DNA of 64,000 nt, taken from NCBI RefSeq assembly GCF_009914755.1, contig NC_060929.1. The stretch is one strand, 5' to 3'. Under the pieces are notes generated by a model. That model did not search any database. It saw nothing but the letters and a program-made list of their open reading frames with translations, and was not told the DNA's origin. The stretch comes from the human T2T-CHM13v2.0 reference genome, Homo sapiens. This document shows, piece after piece, positions 60,792 to 64,000 of this stretch (position 1 is the first letter of the stretch; each line of letters opens with the position of its first letter). Made by a program: the position numbers and the translations under genes.

Positions 60792-62540
60792 TAATCATGT
60801 GCCATATAATGACATTTAGGTCAACAATGGACCACATACTACAGTGGTCCCATTAGATTATAACGAAGCTGAAAAATTCCTATAGCCTAGTTATTAATAT
60901 ACCATAGGCATAGTAATGTCATAATGGAAAGCAGTACTTATATGTTTGTAGCAATGTTGGCATAAAAAACCTACTGTGCTGTCATTCATATAAATTAGAG
61001 CACACACAATTATGTGTACTACATAATACATGATAACAATAACAAATAATGGTTACTAATTTATGTGTTTACTATACTTTTTATCATTACTTTAGAGTGT
61101 GGTCCTTCTACTTATTAAAAAAATAGTTAACTGTAAAACAGCCTCAGGTAGGCATATCAAGAGGTATTCCATAAGAAGGCATGGTCATCAGAGACGATGG
61201 CAGCTCCTTGCATGTTATTGCCCCTGAAAATCTTCAGTAAGACAGGGTATGAAGGTGAAAGACAGTGATATTGTTGATACTGACTCTATGTAGGCCTAGA
61301 CTAATATGTGTATTTGTATCTTAGTTGTTAAGAAAAAAGTTCAAAAAATAAAAGAGATAACTAGACATTTTTTAATAAGAAGCTTATATAATAAGGATAC
61401 AGAGAAAGGAAAGAGAAAGGAAATATTTTTGTACAGCTATATGGTGCTTTACGTTTTAAGTAGTGTTATTACAGGAGTCAAAATTGTTAAAGATAAAAAT
61501 TAGCTATTAATTTTTTATTGAAGAAAGAAATTTTCTTAACTTTTAAGTTTAGGGGTACATGTGCAGGTTTGTTATATAAGTAGACTCATGTCATGGGGGT
61601 TTGGTGTACAGATTATTTCATCACCAGGCATTAAGCCTGGTACCTGCTGGTTATTTTCCTGATCCTCTCCCCCTTCCCACTGTCCATCTTCTAGTCGGCC
61701 CCAGTGTTTGTTGTTCTCCTCTATGAGTCCATGTGTTCTCATCATTTAGCTCCCACTTGTAAGTGAGAACATGCAGTATTTGGTTTTCCGTTTCTGCATT
61801 AGTTTGTTAAGGATAATGGCTTCCAGCTCCATCTATATTCCCGCAAAGGACATGATCTCATTCTTTTGTATGGCTGCATAGTATTCCATGGTGTATATGT
61901 ACCACTTTTTATTTATCCAATCTACTATTATCGATGGGCATTTAGGTTGATTCCATATCTTTGCTATTATGAATAGTGCTACAATGAACATATGACTACC
62001 TGTGTCTTTATGATATAATAGAATGATTTATATTCCTTTGGGTATATACTCAGTAATAGGATTGCTGGGCCGAATGGTAAAAAAGATATTTTTGTAAATT
62101 TAGTGTACCGTTAAGTGTACAGTGTTTATAAAGTCTATAGTAGTGTATAGTAATGTTCTGGGCCTTTATATTCATTCACCACTCACTCACTCAGAGCAGC
62201 TTCTACTCCTGCAAGCTTCATTCATGGTAAGTGTCCTATACAGAGGTCACTTTTTTTCCTCTTTTATTTTGTATTTTTACTGTGCTTTTTCTGTGTTTAC
62301 ATATGCTTAGATACAAAAATGCTTGCCATTGTGTTACAATTGCCCACAGTGTTCAGTGCAGTAGCAAGCTGTACAGGTTTGTAGTCTAGGAGCAATAGAA
62401 TATACCATATAACCTAGGTGTATACTAAGCTATACCACCCAGGTGTATCTAAGTACACTCTACAATGTTTGCACAATGACAAAATTGCCTAATGATATAT
62501 TTCTCAGATTGTATGCCTCTCATTAAGTGATGCATGACTG
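60792..62540 (+). mobile_element. Tigger3 (Tigger3b/Golem-type) non-autonomous DNA transposon
   Basis: TA|TAATCATGTGCCATATAATGACATTT ... CATTAAGTGATGCATGACTG|TA termini; about 1.2 kb after removing the nested L1. Confidence 0.88.
61535..62078 (-). mobile_element. 5'-truncated L1PA (about PA10-PA13) 3' end nested in Tigger3
   Basis: GGGGTACATGTGCAGGTTTGTTAT, CATTTAGCTCCCACTTGTAAGTGAGAACATG; imperfect TSD AAGAAAGAAATTTT (61521-61534) / AAAAAAGATATTTT (62079-62092). Confidence 0.9.
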
Positions 62541-64000
62541 TATTTAGGTTAGATGGATATGTAAGCTAAAAATACATGGGGGTGGAGAATTTTGCATTAA
62601 TGTACTTTTTAAACAAAGAAATATATATTTATCATTTATGGATGAAATAGTTTCTTTTTAAAAATGCCATTCCAATTGGCACAATTAATATTCAAAATTT
62701 CACAGCACACTTTTTTACTTTTTTTTTTTTTTTTGGTCAAACATTAGCTATAGACTCACTCCAGTTTATTTAGAGTCTTTCTAAATATGTTTTAAAATAC
62801 CTGAAGTTCTACAAAAAGTGGGGAGCCTTTCAAATGCATGATAAACTAGGGTCAGTAGGTTTTGGAGAGTTGAAAGACATTTGAAAATATGGTAGTGGCA
62901 ATGGCAGGGGTATGGGCTGATAATGAGACGGATAGAAATGAAGGATGCTACACCATTCAGGATTAAAATTCAACATTAGTTCAAGTTTTAAGACTTTTAC
63001 TCCTATGGAAAGAGTGGGGAATTGGAGTAAAATCCAAGAGAGCAGGAACTGTCTAGAAGAAAATTAGCCTGCCCAATCTCTTTGGCTTGTTTCCTCCTCC
63101 TCATGGATCCCTCTCTATTGATAAATTTTAAGTAGTGCCTATACCACACATAGGCTCCATTTTCCATCCCATGCCACATCTCGAGGGAAGAGCTATAGGA
63201 ATAATACACATAAACTAGAGTGGAATTTTGATTCCTACCACTTGGAACTTGACTAGAATGTTGAACAAACCAGATCCCATTTGGTGACTGTATACATTGG
63301 TGGAGGAAGTCAATGCTTTGAAAGGCCAATAATCACTGGACTGAAGAAACAATTTACCAGCAACGGTCACTATTAGTTATGGACAGCACAAAAAAGACCA
63401 AAGAACATCAGTACCCAAGGCCAATTTATGGAAACTAACTGAATGGCACAAAATCAACCAGAAGGAGCCCACGGTTCTGCTGACGGCAGTTGCTCTGCAG
63501 GTTTCAACCATTTAATTTTTGATCTGAGCTCCTACAGCACAGGCTCTTTGCACCTTGCCCTAGAGAATCTGAGTAAATGCGTTTTTATTTTTAGATGTTT
63601 TCTCTCTTGACATAGGGTTCCACAAATATGAAAGAGCAAGTCATCCCCCAGGCATGCTAGAAGTTGTTGTTGTCTCTTTTCTCTCCCTCTGTGGTCTCCT
63701 GCAATCACTTAAAATAATAATGTGCCAAGAAATGTTTTCCTACAGAACAGGCCACTTCTCTTGACTGGCCCTAAAATGTATGTGTGTTAAAAGGATTGAG
63801 TCTTCTTTGGAATATTAGGTTGTCCCTTTTTGATGAATTGGAAGGTGTTCCAGACTTGAGAGGCTATCTCAATTTTACAGTAAACAGCTATTTTATGAGA
63901 AAGGAAAAAAATTCCATGAGGTGTTTTTACCAAAAACGCGATTATTACCAGCCTAACAAAAGAATCCATTGTGAGGAGAAAAAGCACAGCCAACTTAATT

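Noticed and set aside
63003-63329. 108-aa minus-strand ORF in unique sequence
   Set aside because: No recognisable domain, no convincing splice sites, and the length is attainable by chance.

Overview
This is primate (very likely human or great-ape) non-coding genomic DNA. It is AT-rich, CpG-depleted and dominated by interspersed repeats: Alu J/S/Ye, L1PA/L1MA/L1MB/L1MC/L1ME, L2, MIR, MaLR/ERVL solo LTRs, and the DNA transposons MER5, MER85, MADE2 and Tigger3, plus microsatellites. I found no protein-coding exon or RNA gene that I recognise. All long ORFs in the track are Alu, L1 or low-complexity by-products, or unrecognisable. The main non-repeat landmark is a small CpG-enriched promoter-like element at about 21.17-21.70 kb, with two GC boxes upstream of a minus-strand CATAAAAG and an IRF-type motif. 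There is also a minus-strand splice-signal cluster at about 19.98-20.10 kb and a minus-strand poly(A) signal at about 6.38-6.40 kb. The most unusual structure is an 11 kb nested transposon pile at 46.1-57.3 kb. It contains a near-full-length L1MA2-type element whose 5' UTR appears to carry a precise splice junction (a spliced-then-retrotransposed L1), and a MER85 piggyBac MITE. Repeat family names come from my recollection of consensus sequences, not a database search, and boundaries of old repeats are approximate. I cannot support a new biological system here; the findings are testable hypotheses.
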